Position numbers and translations under genes: made by a program
NCBI GenBank assembly: GCA_034780895.1
Contig: JAUZTB010000083.1
Coordinates: 1,000,880 to 1,064,879 of the forward strand
Direction: 5' to 3'
DNA: 64,000 nucleotides
From: Rhynchobatus australiae
Taxonomy: Eukaryota
Notes under the pieces: model-generated
The model's input: only the letters and a program-made list of their open reading frames with translations
Told to the model about the DNA's origin: nothing
Database searches by the model: none
Part shown: positions 51,797 through 64,000 of the stretch, piece by piece
Position numbering within the stretch: position 1 is the first letter of the stretch
Layout of the letters: each line of letters starts with the position of its first letter

Positions 51797-51896
51797 NNNN
51801 NNNNNNNNNNNNNNNNNNNNNNNNNNNNNNNNNNNNNNNNNNNNNNNNNNNNNNNNNNNNNNNNNNNNNNNNNNNNNNNNNNNNNNNNNNNNNNNN

Positions 51897-54873
51897 GCAC
51901 TGCTTCAGACTGTGTTGCAATCTTTGCCCCACTTTTTTGTTTTGTGATCGTCGCGGAAATCATTGTTGTATTATTACAATGTATACAATTTACTCTGTGA
52001 CCTTCACGTCAGCAAGGATTTTCACTGGAACTGGACCAATCTGATCTGATCTGACTGGATCTGTAAAATTGAGCCTGAAGCGGGTGATGTCAAATTACGA
52101 CAGGATTTGGATCAACCAGGGGATGGGAAATGCACCGGAGATGGAGGTTCACTCGGACCAGGGTGATGTGTAGCATTCTGGTGCATTCAACCAGGGGAGA
52201 GCTCATACAGGGAATGGCAGAGCCTTGGATGTTGTAGTATAACTGAGAGACTACACGCAACAAATTTACAGAAGAGTGACGTCACGGGTAGACAGGACAT
52301 CGAGCACAAGAGCTGGGACGTCATGTTACTTTTGTTCAGGACGTTATTGATACCAAACGTCGACTACTGAATGAATTTCTGGTCAGCTGGCGAAAAGAAT
52401 GATGTCATTCACCTGGAAAGGATGCCGAAGCGATTCACTAGAATATTGCCGGGATTGCAGGGCCTGACTCAGAAGGAGAGACTGGATAGGCTGGGGCTCT
52501 ATCCTCTGAGCATAGGAGGCCGATGGGTCATCTGAAGGAGGTTTATAAAATCATGAGGGGCGCAGATAAAGTGAATGGTCACAGGCTTTTTCCATTGTCC
52601 GGTAATCAAAAACTGGAGGACTTCCAGTGTCAGGATATGTCGCAAGAGTCTGTTGCCGACTGTCTCATCCAGGGGTATATGGATTCCTGCTGAGGGACGC
52701 ACTGAAGCTTAGCTGAGCCACCGCAGAGACTCTGTGGGGAAGGAGCACAGTCTGCGGCCCTGCTGACACTGGAACTGAAGGGAAGAGTCCTGTGCAGTAC
52801 TTATCAAACGCTTCACAGGTTCATTGTTTAAGGATGGAGCAGGATTGGCGTTAATGCAGTGAAAGGGAATGCATACATTCGATGTCACAATGAACGCAGA
52901 GAAGATTGTGTCCAACGATATTTAATGTAAATATTATGAATAACGATAATAAATAAACTAAATTTTAACAGCTGAGATTCACGTCCTCTTGCGGAATTGC
53001 AGAGGAATTTTTTCTGGTATTGTCGAAGCCCAAAGCATCATACAAAGAACGGAATCCTCAAATAAATATGTTTTTAAATTCACACAATGGCGCCGAACCT
53101 CGGATCTCCCCTAGGGTTTGGTGCGCAATCGTTTCCAGTGTGCAATCCCTGGCTAAATATAACCTGGGCTGTTACAACTCCGGTTGTGCAAAGGAATTAA
53201 TCGAAAACATCACTACAGTCACTGCTATTAGTCGAAGAGTCCTGATACACTAATGATGCCAGCAGAGATATCTCCAGAGTAACATAAGTACCGTCACTTC
53301 AGCCCCAGTCGCAGATGCCCGCGGTCTCCAGGTGTAAGCAGCAGACAGGAGTTGTGAGGATGGAGAGAGCACAGGAACTTGAGCTCCTGATATTTCACGT
53401 CATTCTGGATATGCAGGACATTTATTACCCGGCTCTCGCAATTATTGGCGTTCCTGGTGAGACTCTGTATCTGGTTATTCAATCTGGTGTTTTCTTGCTA
53501 TGTTCCTAACGAACTATCACATTGAATTTTCGTGGCGTTTTTATCGTAGATGATCGTGTTCTGCATTCATTACCAGTATGGGTATTTATACATGGCCTTC
53601 CCTCCGCAAGTGGCCACAAGTAATAACTATTATGTTCAGTATATTCCGCTGTCTGTGTTCGTGAAAATCTAGTGCCCTGACGGACTCCCGGTCGATTTCA
53701 CACCAGGGGTGGTGAATGTGCAGAGCGAGCTGCCAGCGGTCATGGCAGAGGCAGATACGATTACAATGTTCAATAGACACTTGGAACGGTGCTTGGATGG
53801 GAGGTTTCGAGGGCTCTGGGTTAAACGCCGGCAAATGGATCGAACGCAGTTAAGCGACTTGGGTCGGTACGGACGAAGTGTGTCGAATGGCTCGTTCAGT
53901 GCCGTATTTCTCGACGACTATTTCTTTCACTCAAGCGCACACAGTGTGCGCTGCCTGCACTCTCAGCTGACGGTGACACACCTCCAATTTGCAGCTCAGT
54001 GTTCCCTGTTAGGATCTGGAGATTACATATTGACTGATGTTAGCGGTACAATAAAATGTCGGGGAGAAGAGTCACACGTCCTTTGCAGACCCGGCCAGGA
54101 CCGACTTCACTGAGGTTACCGGCGGGATGTTCGCAGAATGGCCCAGTCTCTCCCCGGGTTCAAGCGGAGAGATGGAGATTCCGAAAAACGAGAATGCTAA
54201 AAAACAGACAGCGCTTGAATGATGCGTCATGTCTTCCAGATAAAATGGATGATTGGAATTACATCGTGTCAAATCATTTCAAGGGACTGAATTTGCAGTT
54301 AAAGGGGAGTAGATGTTGAGGTCGCGAGGATTCAATTCCTCCGGTTCCTGAGATCACCACTCACAGACGGGGAAGGTTGAACAGAGGCCGACACTCAGGG
54401 ACTGCAGATGCTGGGATCTGCAGTAACAAACAATCTGCTGCCGGAAGGCAGCATATCATCGGGGCGGTGTTCGAGAATAACACCGCCCCGATAACCCTCA
54501 ACACAAGCGGGGTGGTGGGTGATCGCGTCGCCATTTACAGCATCCGCAATATCTCAGGGACCGTCCGCCGCTCTGCTTTGTGTGTTGGGGGAATTTCTCC
54601 CGTTCACGACTTAGACAGAGCAGTACACCTGTCATCTCCTTTCACCTTAACTCATTCGGGTACTTCTGCACGTTGAAATTAACTGGATATCGGCTCTGAC
54701 TCTCAGTTGTAATCCTCTGCAGTCCACTTCATGCCGGGTCGGTGATGATCCCAGCGTGGGAGGATTTTTAAAACTGTGGATTGATTTTTGTTCCGCTGTT
54801 GTGCCAGCCGCTGCTGTGAGCTGGGTGCTGACTGTTTTCAGCAAATAGGTTTTTATTTGAAGTCCCGCCCTTG
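51897..54873 (+). repeat. GPR139-like cassette D
   Basis: Colinear with cassette B (e.g. 51897-52070 vs 44298-44475); ends at a gap before exon 2. Confidence 0.92.
53360..53456 (+). CDS. GPR139-like GPCR exon 1 (cassette D)
   Basis: MERAQELELLIFHVILDMQDIYYPALAIIGVP-G|GTGAG. Confidence 0.85.
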
Positions 54874-54973
54874 NNNNNNNNNNNNNNNNNNNNNNNNNNN
54901 NNNNNNNNNNNNNNNNNNNNNNNNNNNNNNNNNNNNNNNNNNNNNNNNNNNNNNNNNNNNNNNNNNNNNNNNN

Positions 54974-57450
54974 TTTCCAAATGTAAGTGTATCTTATGCC
55001 TCAGAATGCTTTCCAGCAACTCACCTGCTATGGATGTTAGGCTAAGGGGTCTTTAATTACCAGGTCTATCCTTACAGCCCTTCCTAAATAAAGACACAAC
55101 ATTTTATCTTCACATCTAACAACCTTCACATCTTTCTCCAGGTTAAAAACAGGAGAAATAATCTGCCCATCTCCAGCGGTTCCATAAATAGATTTCCGCC
55201 TTAGCCTTTTGAGGGGCCCGATTTTCTCCCGAATCATTCTCTTTCCCTTAAAAATCTCTTGGGATTCTTCTTAATATTCTCTGCCAAATCCATGTCATGT
55301 CCACTCGTTGCCCTCCCGATTTCCTTCTTGAGAACACTCCAGCATCGTCTATCTCCAGTAATCCACTTGAACCCAGCTGCCTGTATCTGACCTCAGTCTG
55401 CTTCTTTTTCTTGACCAGAGTTACAATATCCCTTGACATCCAGGGTTCCCAACTCCCAGTAGCTTTGCCTTTTATTTTAATAGGAACATGTAGTCCTTGT
55501 GCTCTTGCAATTCTCACTTTTAAAAACCTCCCACTTAGCATTGCAAGATCCTGTTTCCTACATTCTCCAATTCAGAACTCGAAGCTGCGGACAGTTGTTT
55601 CCCTAACCATAACTATTTTAAAACTAATGGCATTATAGTCACTGGTCCAAAGTGCTCCACAACGTGACCTCCGTTGCTTGCCTTTCCTTATTTCCCAGGA
55701 GTACAGAGAACATAGAATATTACAGCACAGTACAGGCACACCTGGCCCACGTTGTTGTGGCGACATTTTATCCAGGTCTAAGACCTATTTGACCCTTACT
55801 TTCCACATAAGCCTCTAGTTACATGTCTTTCCATCTGGGAGTCTCCTAAATGTCCCTAATGTGTCTGCCCCACCACCTCGGTCGGCAGTGCGTTCCACGC
55901 ACCCACCAGTCTCTCTGTGTAAAAAACGTACCCCTGACACCCCTGATACCTCCAATCACCTTAAAATTATGTTCCCTCGTATTAGCCATTTTCATCCTAG
56001 GAAAAGTCTCTGACTGTCCACTCTATCTATGCTTCTTATTGTCTTGTACAGCTCTATCATCCTTCTTCTCTCCAAAGGGAAAAGCCTAACTCAATCAAAC
56101 TAACCTCAAAAGAAATGCTCTCCAATCCAGGCAACATCCTGGTAAATCTCCTCTGCACCCTCTCCAAAGCATCCATATCCTTCCTGTAGTGAGGCGACCA
56201 GAACTGAATACAATACTTCAAGTGTGGTCTAACTAGAGTTCTAAAGAGATGCAAATTTACCTGGTGGCTCTTGAACTCAATACCACGACTAATGAAGGCC
56301 AACACACCATACGCCTTCTCAACAACCCTATCAAACTGCACGGCAAAGATGAGGTATCTGTGGACGTGAACCCTAAGATCCATCTGTTCCTCCACACTGC
56401 AAAGAGTCCTGCCATTGACCTTGTATTCTGCCTTCACATTCGATCTTCCAATGTGTATCACATCACACTGATCCAGGTTTAACTCCATCTGCTATGAGTC
56501 GATCAAGCTTTGCATCCTCCCTCTATCTACTGCCTGCGGAAACTTTCCTGAACACACTGTGTAAATCCCACCCCATCTGGACCTTTAACTCGATGTCAAT
56601 CAAGGTTAATGTTGGGAAGATTAAAATCTCCTGCAAGGACAACCCCATTATTTTTACCACTCTTCTGAATCTCGTTGCACATTTATTCCACTAATCCTAA
56701 CAACTACTTTGGAGCTGACAGTGCATCCGAACAAGGTATTCATCCCCTTCTTATTTCTCAGATCAACCTATAAATCCTCACGAGTCGACATTTCTGGCTG
56801 AGGCCCGTCACCTGGACTCCGGATTGAATATTGCAGAATGTGCAGTCTCTTGTGTCTCTGTCATACCCCTTTATGCCTTGCTTGTTGAAATGTCTGTCTG
56901 AAATGACACACAGAGATTGTATCTGACTCTGCCACGTCCTCTGGCAGTATGTTCCAGATATTCTCTGCATTCTGTATGATAAACCGACCCCTCCGATCCC
57001 CTTTAAAACTTCTTCCCCTTATCTTAAAACTAAGCCCTGTGTTTTTTGACAGCTCAGGGAAAGCAAGCACTGCCTATCCAATCTCTCCCGACAACTGCAG
57101 CCTCCAATCCAAGCAATATCCCTGTGGTCCTCCTCTGCACTCTCTTCAGTGCAGTTACGTCCTTTCTATATTGTGGTGACCATAACTGCACCAATCAGGA
57201 CTAATCAGTGTTTTGTGAAGCAGGAACGTCACATCCCAATTCTTCTCTTCCCCGACTTACGAAGGCAAGCATGTCACATGCCTTCGCCGCCACCCTATGA
57301 TCTGTGTTGTCACTATCAGGGAACTATGGACTTGATCTAAGATGTCTCTGTTCATCACTCTTGCATTTATTTCATTTGGTCTACCCATATTTGACTTCTG
57401 AAAATGCATCATCATACACTTGTCTGGATTAAATTCAATCTGCCAGGACT
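54974..57450 (-). mobile_element. Nested, decayed CR1 LINE fragments
   Basis: EPWMSRDIVTLVKKKK; MELNLDQCDVIHIGRSN...RTLVRPHLKYCIQFWSPHYRKDMDALERVQRRFTRMLPGLE (56057-56488) with 3' tail near 55705-55760; further EN and 3' pieces to 57450. Confidence 0.88.
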
Positions 57451-57734
57451 CCGCCTATCACAAAGTTCAGCAACGAGCAAGCTCACAGAGAACCCAAATG
57501 CAGCACACCGATACAATACTGGAGTNNNNNNNNNNNNNNNNNNNNNNNNNNNNNNNNNNNNNNNNNNNNNNNNNNNNNNNNNNNNNNNNNNNNNNNNNNN
57601 NNNNNNNNNNNNNNNNNNNNNNNNNACCCTCACTGACAGCTTCAGTGTCAGTTGCCTTTTCCTGATATCTCCACCCTCTCGTATCTCTACAAATAAAACA
57701 TACTTGCCTCGCGCCTTTTTTATGAAACACAGTC

Positions 57735-58007
57735 GAGCGGTTAGGGTAACAGCGCCACCGACCCGAGTTCAGTACCGGCCGCTGTCTGTAAGCGGATTTC
57801 ATGTTCTCTCTGTGTCTGTGTGGGTTTCACTGGGGTGCTCCAGTTTCCTCCCACATTCCAAAGACGTACGGGTTAGGACGTTGTCGGCGTGATATGTTGG
57901 CGCCGGAAGTGTGGCGACAATTACGGACTGCCACCCAGAAAACTCACCGCAAAATATGCATTTCACTGTGTGTTTCGATGAATATGTGACCAATGTCTTA
58001 TCTTATT
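57735..58007 (+). mobile_element. V-SINE with the alternative tail
   Basis: V-domain plus gttggcgccggaagtgtggcgac...catttcactgtgtgtttcgatg...tcttatctta. Confidence 0.85.
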
Positions 58008-58908
58008 TTACCTTAACAATGCTTCCCTCTTTGCATATAATGCCCGATGTGCTAGGTATTTCCAGCACTGTGTGCCGTTATTTCAGATTTTCAGCAACTC
58101 CACGTTTTTTTTTTTCACTTTTTGAGAGGTGAAGACATAGAGGGAGAGAGAGAAGTGGAGGGGAGGGAGAGAGGTGGGAAAGAAATATTAATTCACTACA
58201 AAAAGGGGGACGTGTTAAGAAGAGGGTTGGGCGTGGGGAAGGGAATCCCAAACAAAACTCTATAATCTCCCTCCTCTCTGTGAATTTTGAAGTTAATGGA
58301 ATGTGAACACCGGATAGTCCGGAAACCCAGTCGTTGAAACCGGTGGCGTTCACCCAGAAACATTCACGAATGTGATGCAGACAATGCATCGCATTTATAC
58401 ACTCGCAGGCAGTTTATGGTAGAAAGGACTGGCGCAGGAAATAGATTGACAGCGATGGTCGACATAAGTACTGTTGGCCGGGTGGGTGGAGGTAGCTGTT
58501 TACATGCCGTGTGACTCTGCGAAAATCACAAAGTGTTTGCGCGATGTAGCTTTTCGGTAAACATGTCGCATGCAAACATACTGTAATTTAATGCACATTA
58601 AAACGAGGCAAATAATTCTGAGAGATCACAACAAGCTTCTGATGACTTATTTGACTGATACAGAATTACGTCTCCATCTGGTCTATAGGGGAGATATGCC
58701 ATCGTTTATTCAGGCAAATGCAGGGACAGCACTCCAAAAAAACTCTGAGCTGGTCAAAGCCACCCCAGTCAGTTCTTGCTCTTACAAACACCCTGCATAA
58801 CTGCAGTCCCGTGACACGAAATGAACCATCCATTGCGCCTCCTCATCGCAACATTCCCAGTTGGAGCAATTTGAGTTCCTAATAAGTCTCGTTGCAAAGC
58901 TTTTACGC

Positions 58909-59803
58909 TTAACCCCGTTCAATAACTATCAGACAATTATTAAATCCACCTTCGTGTCTGACTGTCCCAAGAAGTATTGTGAAGGAATACTTGATCACAT
59001 TCCTCAGTTCGTCTCTGACATTTGACTGAGTCAGAGCGTAAATAACGTGTTTGTGAACGAATTCTGGATTTGAGGCATGTAACCGGCTGAAAAGGCTACG
59101 TACAGAGGGAGAGCCCAGCCTGGGTAAGTGTATGAGTTGGTTATATGAGAGTACATGAAGACCATCATCCTCGTCAGCTCCAGGAGGATAAAGCTGCATG
59201 ATGCACAGAACTGTAAAATGATAGACTTCTTTCGACTCTCCATCTGCGGGTCCTCCTTTTTCTCGCCACTGATTGAACGCGGAGCTTCCTGCGGCCTCTG
59301 CTCGCCACCAGGATAGTTCCATCTGTCTATCAAGGAATAACAAGGAACGGAAGGAGAGGGGTCAAGATGTTGTGAAGCTAATTGAATGCAACCCTTCGGG
59401 GCAGAGAATGATACTCTGCCTTTTCAGTACAACCAACATGCACGCAAAGTTCATAAGATTCAAGGGCAAAGCATGGGTACGTTCCTTAATAAACTCAGCC
59501 AACCTGACGGTTCTAACCGCGCAGTAACTGGTTTTAAAATTCTGGCAATACATGGCTACAAAGTGTTCAAAGGCGGAAGTGACTGTTGATGAGACCGAAC
59601 AGTCGAAGGAAGCAAACGCTATCACATTTTGCAGGATACGTGGTCCAATGTGAGTCATGAGGGTGTAAACTTCGGTAAAAAGGCAACATATGGTCCCGTT
59701 GAAGAAGGCTGGTTGATCTGCTGCGGCCATCTCCACCAGATAGTGAGTGATAGATACACCGGGACAATCCACACCTTCCCTGTGCTAGAACGACTAGTGC
59801 CAC
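58909..59803 (-). pseudogene. Divergent GPR139-like GPCR pseudogene with multiple frameshifts
   Basis: Pieces in different frames: VALVVLAQGRCGLSRCI / THYLVEMAAAD...FDCSVSSTVTSAFEHFVAMYCQNFKTSYC / DPQMESRKKSIIL...SCSFILL / IYALTQSNVRDELRNVIKY. Confidence 0.88.
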
Positions 59804-60026
59804 CTGTGGGGAAATGGACATTAAAGTTTTTGAATCTGGTCATCAGATGGGAAGTACTCTCGTTATTGCTGTAAATGGCGTAGGTGTGGCCCATACACCA
59901 GTTGAAGTCGACATATCCTCCATAGCNNNNNNNNNNNNNNNNNNNNNNNNNNNNNNNNNNNNNNNNNNNNNNNNNNNNNNNNNNNNNNNNNNNNNNNNNN
60001 NNNNNNNNNNNNNNNNNNNNNNNNNN

Positions 60027-60101
<75 letters not shown>
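60027..60101 (+). repeat. (CA)n microsatellite
   Basis: Perfect CA run. Confidence 0.98.
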
Positions 60102-60104
<3 letters not shown>

Positions 60105-61249
60105 CACCTTGCACGGTTGTGTAGAAAAATACACACAAAAGATGACTGGCTGCAATTAAATCACCGTGGCTGTTTGACGGGGCCATGTAGACCGTTTCAA
60201 TATGTCAAATCCAGTTCTTTTTTTATTAATACCTCTGCATGTCTTTAAATACCACACAGGATAATCTAAACGCTATGTTCTCAGTGTAAATGATGCACTC
60301 CAGACCCCCATCCTCCACCTCACCCACACTACACCTGGCCTCCTGGAAACGTATGAGCAGTGGTGAATTCTGGCCATGGAACGCGGGCAAGTGGGTTATT
60401 CGGGGTGGAACTCCCAATGACCAACTGACGGGAGACGCAAATGGTCATCGATCCCAGGCTTCGAAGTGGCACGGACAATGGGGTCCTCTGTTTGGCCGTA
60501 CATACACCACCCCTCACTCCTGTACCAGTTGTCCACGGGGTGTACCTTCAACATTGCGGTATCCTGTTGTGCATGGGACAGACACTCGCCAAGGAACGTT
60601 GGGAGTCCGTGGACCTCCCTGAGACCGCTTTGTGCAAAGGTTACCTTCGTTGAGTGAATTTCACCAGGGAATCCCTCACCTTCTGATGGTGATTCAGCTT
60701 GCCACAGTCTGTGTAGGTGGGAGATAATGGCGAACTATCCGAGAGTTGGTAGGAACAATCCATGCAGTAACCCCCTGCGTAGAATGTGGAACGGCACGGA
60801 GTGAATTTGCCAGGAATGACTTTTGCTGCAGGAGTGAACACAATTCAGTCCCAGGTCCCAGAAAGGATTGCAGTGTCCTGGAAAGGGATGTCATACAGTC
60901 AGGCAGCACATAATCAGGCCTTTCGGCCCACCATGCCAATGCTGACCTCCAAATGCAAAAGTAGTTGTGATCTACCCTCTGTGATCTACCAATCATACCT
61001 CCGGCCTTCACTTCCAAATTGTTAACATACATCACAAACAACAAATGTCCCGGCGCTAATCCCGGCAGTTCAGCAATGGTCCGGCACTGCCTATCAGAAA
61101 GAATTCCTCCACAGACACCATCTGGTTACTTTCACCCAGCCAATCTGAGATGGAATTTACAAGCTGGCCTTGGACACCATGTGCCTCAACCACTGGACCA
61201 GCCTACCATGCGATTGTGTCAACCGCATAAAGAAGGAGTCCGTGCACTT

Positions 61250-62320
61250 TGGCAAATCGCCCGACTGATCCTCTACTCCTTTCACCGTCAACACCACCGC
61301 AACCCCCGGCCCCGAATACCCGAAAGGTGCTGGGGATATGGTTTGGAGGTGCAAGCATCATCTGGAGTGGGTAACCAGGGTAAAACACATACAGGAACGT
61401 GGGAGCAACCTACCGTCTCGATGTTGGGGAAGAACCTGGTCATCAGCTGAGACGTGCTCTGGGTGCCGCTGCATCTGGTGCAGGTGTGAGCCATTCACCC
61501 CTCCTCTTCTGTGTTAATCACCTGATTCATCTTGTGGTTTACCTGGGGATTCAAGGTGGAGAACATCTGATGGTCACCATGGAGAAGTCACCTCGAAATT
61601 GACCTTCATCCTGATGATCGCCTTTGTGGCAGCATCAGGTGACGTCAAGCCAGAGAATGCCAACATCAAGTGTTAATGCGTGGCGAGGTTCACCCTGTCC
61701 CCGGTGTTGTGAAGGCCGGCCCTGACCTCGTTGCCATGAAAGTCTCACTCGGATGCAATTTGCTGCACTACCTGTTCTCAATGGAAATGACTCTACCGGC
61801 CACCCTCATCGGGCAGTGGTCAGCAGGGAACGTCCTGCAGGGTCGGTGGGAGGAGGACACGGTGGATCCTGTGGGTTTGCTCCCCTAGCGGACTGTACTA
61901 TACATTTACCAGAATATGACACGGCCAAAAATGATCAACAATCACCAAGACCTCGCTGGGCTTGGAATGAGAGGCGCTAAAAACTGGTTGGTCTTCCAGT
62001 GTCAGGAGATGTTCGGGAAGGATTGCTGCCGACTGGCACATTACAGTGTGCAGTGGTACAAGCTGAGTGAGGCAGGGAAGATCGGTGCAGCCACCCCAAG
62101 GCTCCGTCAGTAAGGAGGACAGCAAAGGGTCCTGGTGACACTGGACACTGAGGGGTTGGGTAATGTGTAACAGCTCTCGGAAGCATTGTTACAGGAGATA
62201 ACGGGAGTGGTGCTGATGCAGTGTAAGAGAATGCATCCAATTGATGTAACGGAGAGAAGGACGTGTCTAGCCGTTTTAACTGTAAATATTATGAATGTTA
62301 TAAATACAGACATTAAAGTT
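61250..62320 (+). mobile_element. Tx1-like ORF2 3' region (paralog of 19890-21080)
   Basis: NNHQDLAGLGMRGAKNWLVFQ...CCRLAHYSVQWYKLSEA. Confidence 0.8.
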
Positions 62321-62728
62321 TAGCAGCTGCGGTTCACGTCGTCTTGCACAATTGCCGAGGCATTCTTTGGCATTCTTGAAGAACGAGGAATCACACAAAA
62401 TATGGAATCCTAAAATAAGTATGTTTTAAATTTCACTCCGATTTGGGTGGTGCCGAACTCGAGATCTGTGCTGGGGTTTCGGAAGCATTCCTTTCCATTG
62501 TGCAATCCCTGACTATATATAACCGAAATATTACAGCACCGGGTTGTTCAGAGGAATTAACCGAAAATGTCTGTTCAGACATTTTCGAAAAGTTTCGGAA
62601 TTGAAATTCGGACAATCTAAGTTTGCCAGGGGAGATTTCTCCAGACTTGCAGAAGTACCTTCAGCAGGCACAGCAGCAGGTGCCGGCGGTGTCCGGGGCT
62701 AAGCGCCAAGCAGGAGCTGAAAGGATTG

Positions 62729-62822
62729 ATGGAGGATGTTCAGCAGAAGGCCTGATAATTGACAACATTTGGATATAAAAGGGATTTATTATCCGCTGTC
62801 GATGCTCTAGGAGTTACTGCTG
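62729..62822 (+). pseudogene. Decayed GPR139-like exon 1 (cassette F)
   Basis: Frameshifted GLIIDNIW/DIKGIYYP/AVDALGVT; stops present and donor degenerate. Confidence 0.65.
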
Positions 62823-62856
62823 TGATCTATGTCTAGTTTATGTCTCGTTTCGGTTA

Positions 62857-63145
62857 GGCTGGGTGGTGCAGTGGTAAGCGTAACACTCGTACAGCGCCAG
62901 CGACCGTGGTTGAATTCCAGCAACTGCCTGTTCAGGAGTTACTACTTTCTCCCCGTGTCTGCATGGTTTTCTTCTGGGTGCTCCGGTTTCCTCCACATTC
63001 CAAAGACGTGCGGGTTCGGACGTTGTGGGCGTGCCATGTTGGCGCTGGAAGCGTGGCGACACTTGCGGGCTGCCTCCAGAACACTCAACGCAAAAAGATA
63101 CATTTCACTGCGATTCGATGCAGATGTAAGTAATACAGATGTCTT
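62857..63145 (+). mobile_element. V-SINE with the alternative tail (paralog of 21625-21915)
   Basis: Same position relative to the pseudo-exon as in block E. Confidence 0.88.
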
Positions 63146-64000
63146 ACCCCTTAAATCTGGTAGTTTGTTAACCACATTCCTAACTATCACATTGTATTTG
63201 CGGAGCGTTTTTTTATCATGGGTAATTGTGTCCAGCTTTCATAAACAGGATGGTTGTAGTGAGAATGCACATGGTTCACATATGACATTAACGAAACTGA
63301 CCCCCACTGGTCGGAGGACAGTATAGTTCCTCGGGTCGGAAGTGACACCACTGTCAGTCAATGTGCGGCTCCATCCAGCCCTCAGATGTTGAGATCAGCT
63401 TTTGTCTCTGCACTTGCCTGATCATTGGCTGTGGCAGGCACTTTTGCCCTTGACGCCCAAACCAATTGCCCGTTTAAATCGGTCGGTGAGGCTCCACCCA
63501 GAGTCCCAGCATATGAAAAGGGTTGCAATCGCTTCGCCCTCCATCTTTGATGATCCCAGGATTAGTGAGACAACGCTGCAGAGTTCACTGCTAAGAGTGC
63601 ATTACCACGTGGTTTGGGAGCGTTTCACTCAGATTCCAGGCAGTGTGAGAGCCAATGCTAATGCGGCTATTGAAGTATCATATCCTGAAGTTGTATATTG
63701 TTNNNNNNNNNNNNNNNNNNNNNNNNNNNNNNNNNNNNNNNNNNNNNNNNNNNNNNNNNNNNNNNNNNNNNNNNNNNNNNNNNNNNNNNNNNNNNNNNNN
63801 NNNNNNNNNNNNNNNNNNNNNNNNNNNNNNNCCGATTACCCCTCACGTTGGCAGTCTACTGCGTGTTTGTGAGTGTGTATCTGGTCCATTCTGTCCCCGC
63901 CTTTGCCTTTATATTTAAAGCAGCATTGATCTCCAAAGCTCATGTCCAGAGCACTTCATCCTTCATGCCGAAAAGAACCATTTCACACAACAATGGTTAT

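Larger units (their letters stand above)
60100..64000 (+). repeat. Segmental duplicate F (paralog of block E)
   Basis: Colinear with 18740-22800. Confidence 0.9.

Noticed and set aside
1-64000. CRISPR arrays, operons or other prokaryotic defence systems
   Set aside because: The sequence is vertebrate with spliced genes and LINE/SINE content; no regularly spaced short direct repeats were seen.

Overview
Vertebrate genomic DNA, not prokaryotic. The repeat content (HE1/V-SINE-type SINEs, CR1, Rex1, Tx1, L1, Penelope/GIY-YIG, Sushi-type Gypsy) points to a cartilaginous fish, probably a ray or other batoid (inference). The assembly is highly fragmented: contigs of about 1-10 kb joined mostly by 100-N gaps, so contig order is uncertain. 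The main content is a cluster of two-exon GPR139/GPR142-like class A GPCR genes. It includes one apparently intact minus-strand gene (exon 2 at 10918-11916), four closely related tandem plus-strand cassettes with intact 97-nt first exons, two decayed cassettes of a sister lineage and two further pseudogenes. The six cassettes share a Tx1 LINE 3' end, a conserved promoter block and intron sequence. Also present are a tRNA-Asn-derived gene carrying an Asp (GTC) anticodon, one internal exon of a galactose-3-O-sulfotransferase (GAL3ST family) gene, a 60-nt hairpin and several segmental duplications. Most ORFs in the supplied track are spurious (repeat-derived or spanning N runs). Family assignments come from motif recognition, not database searches.
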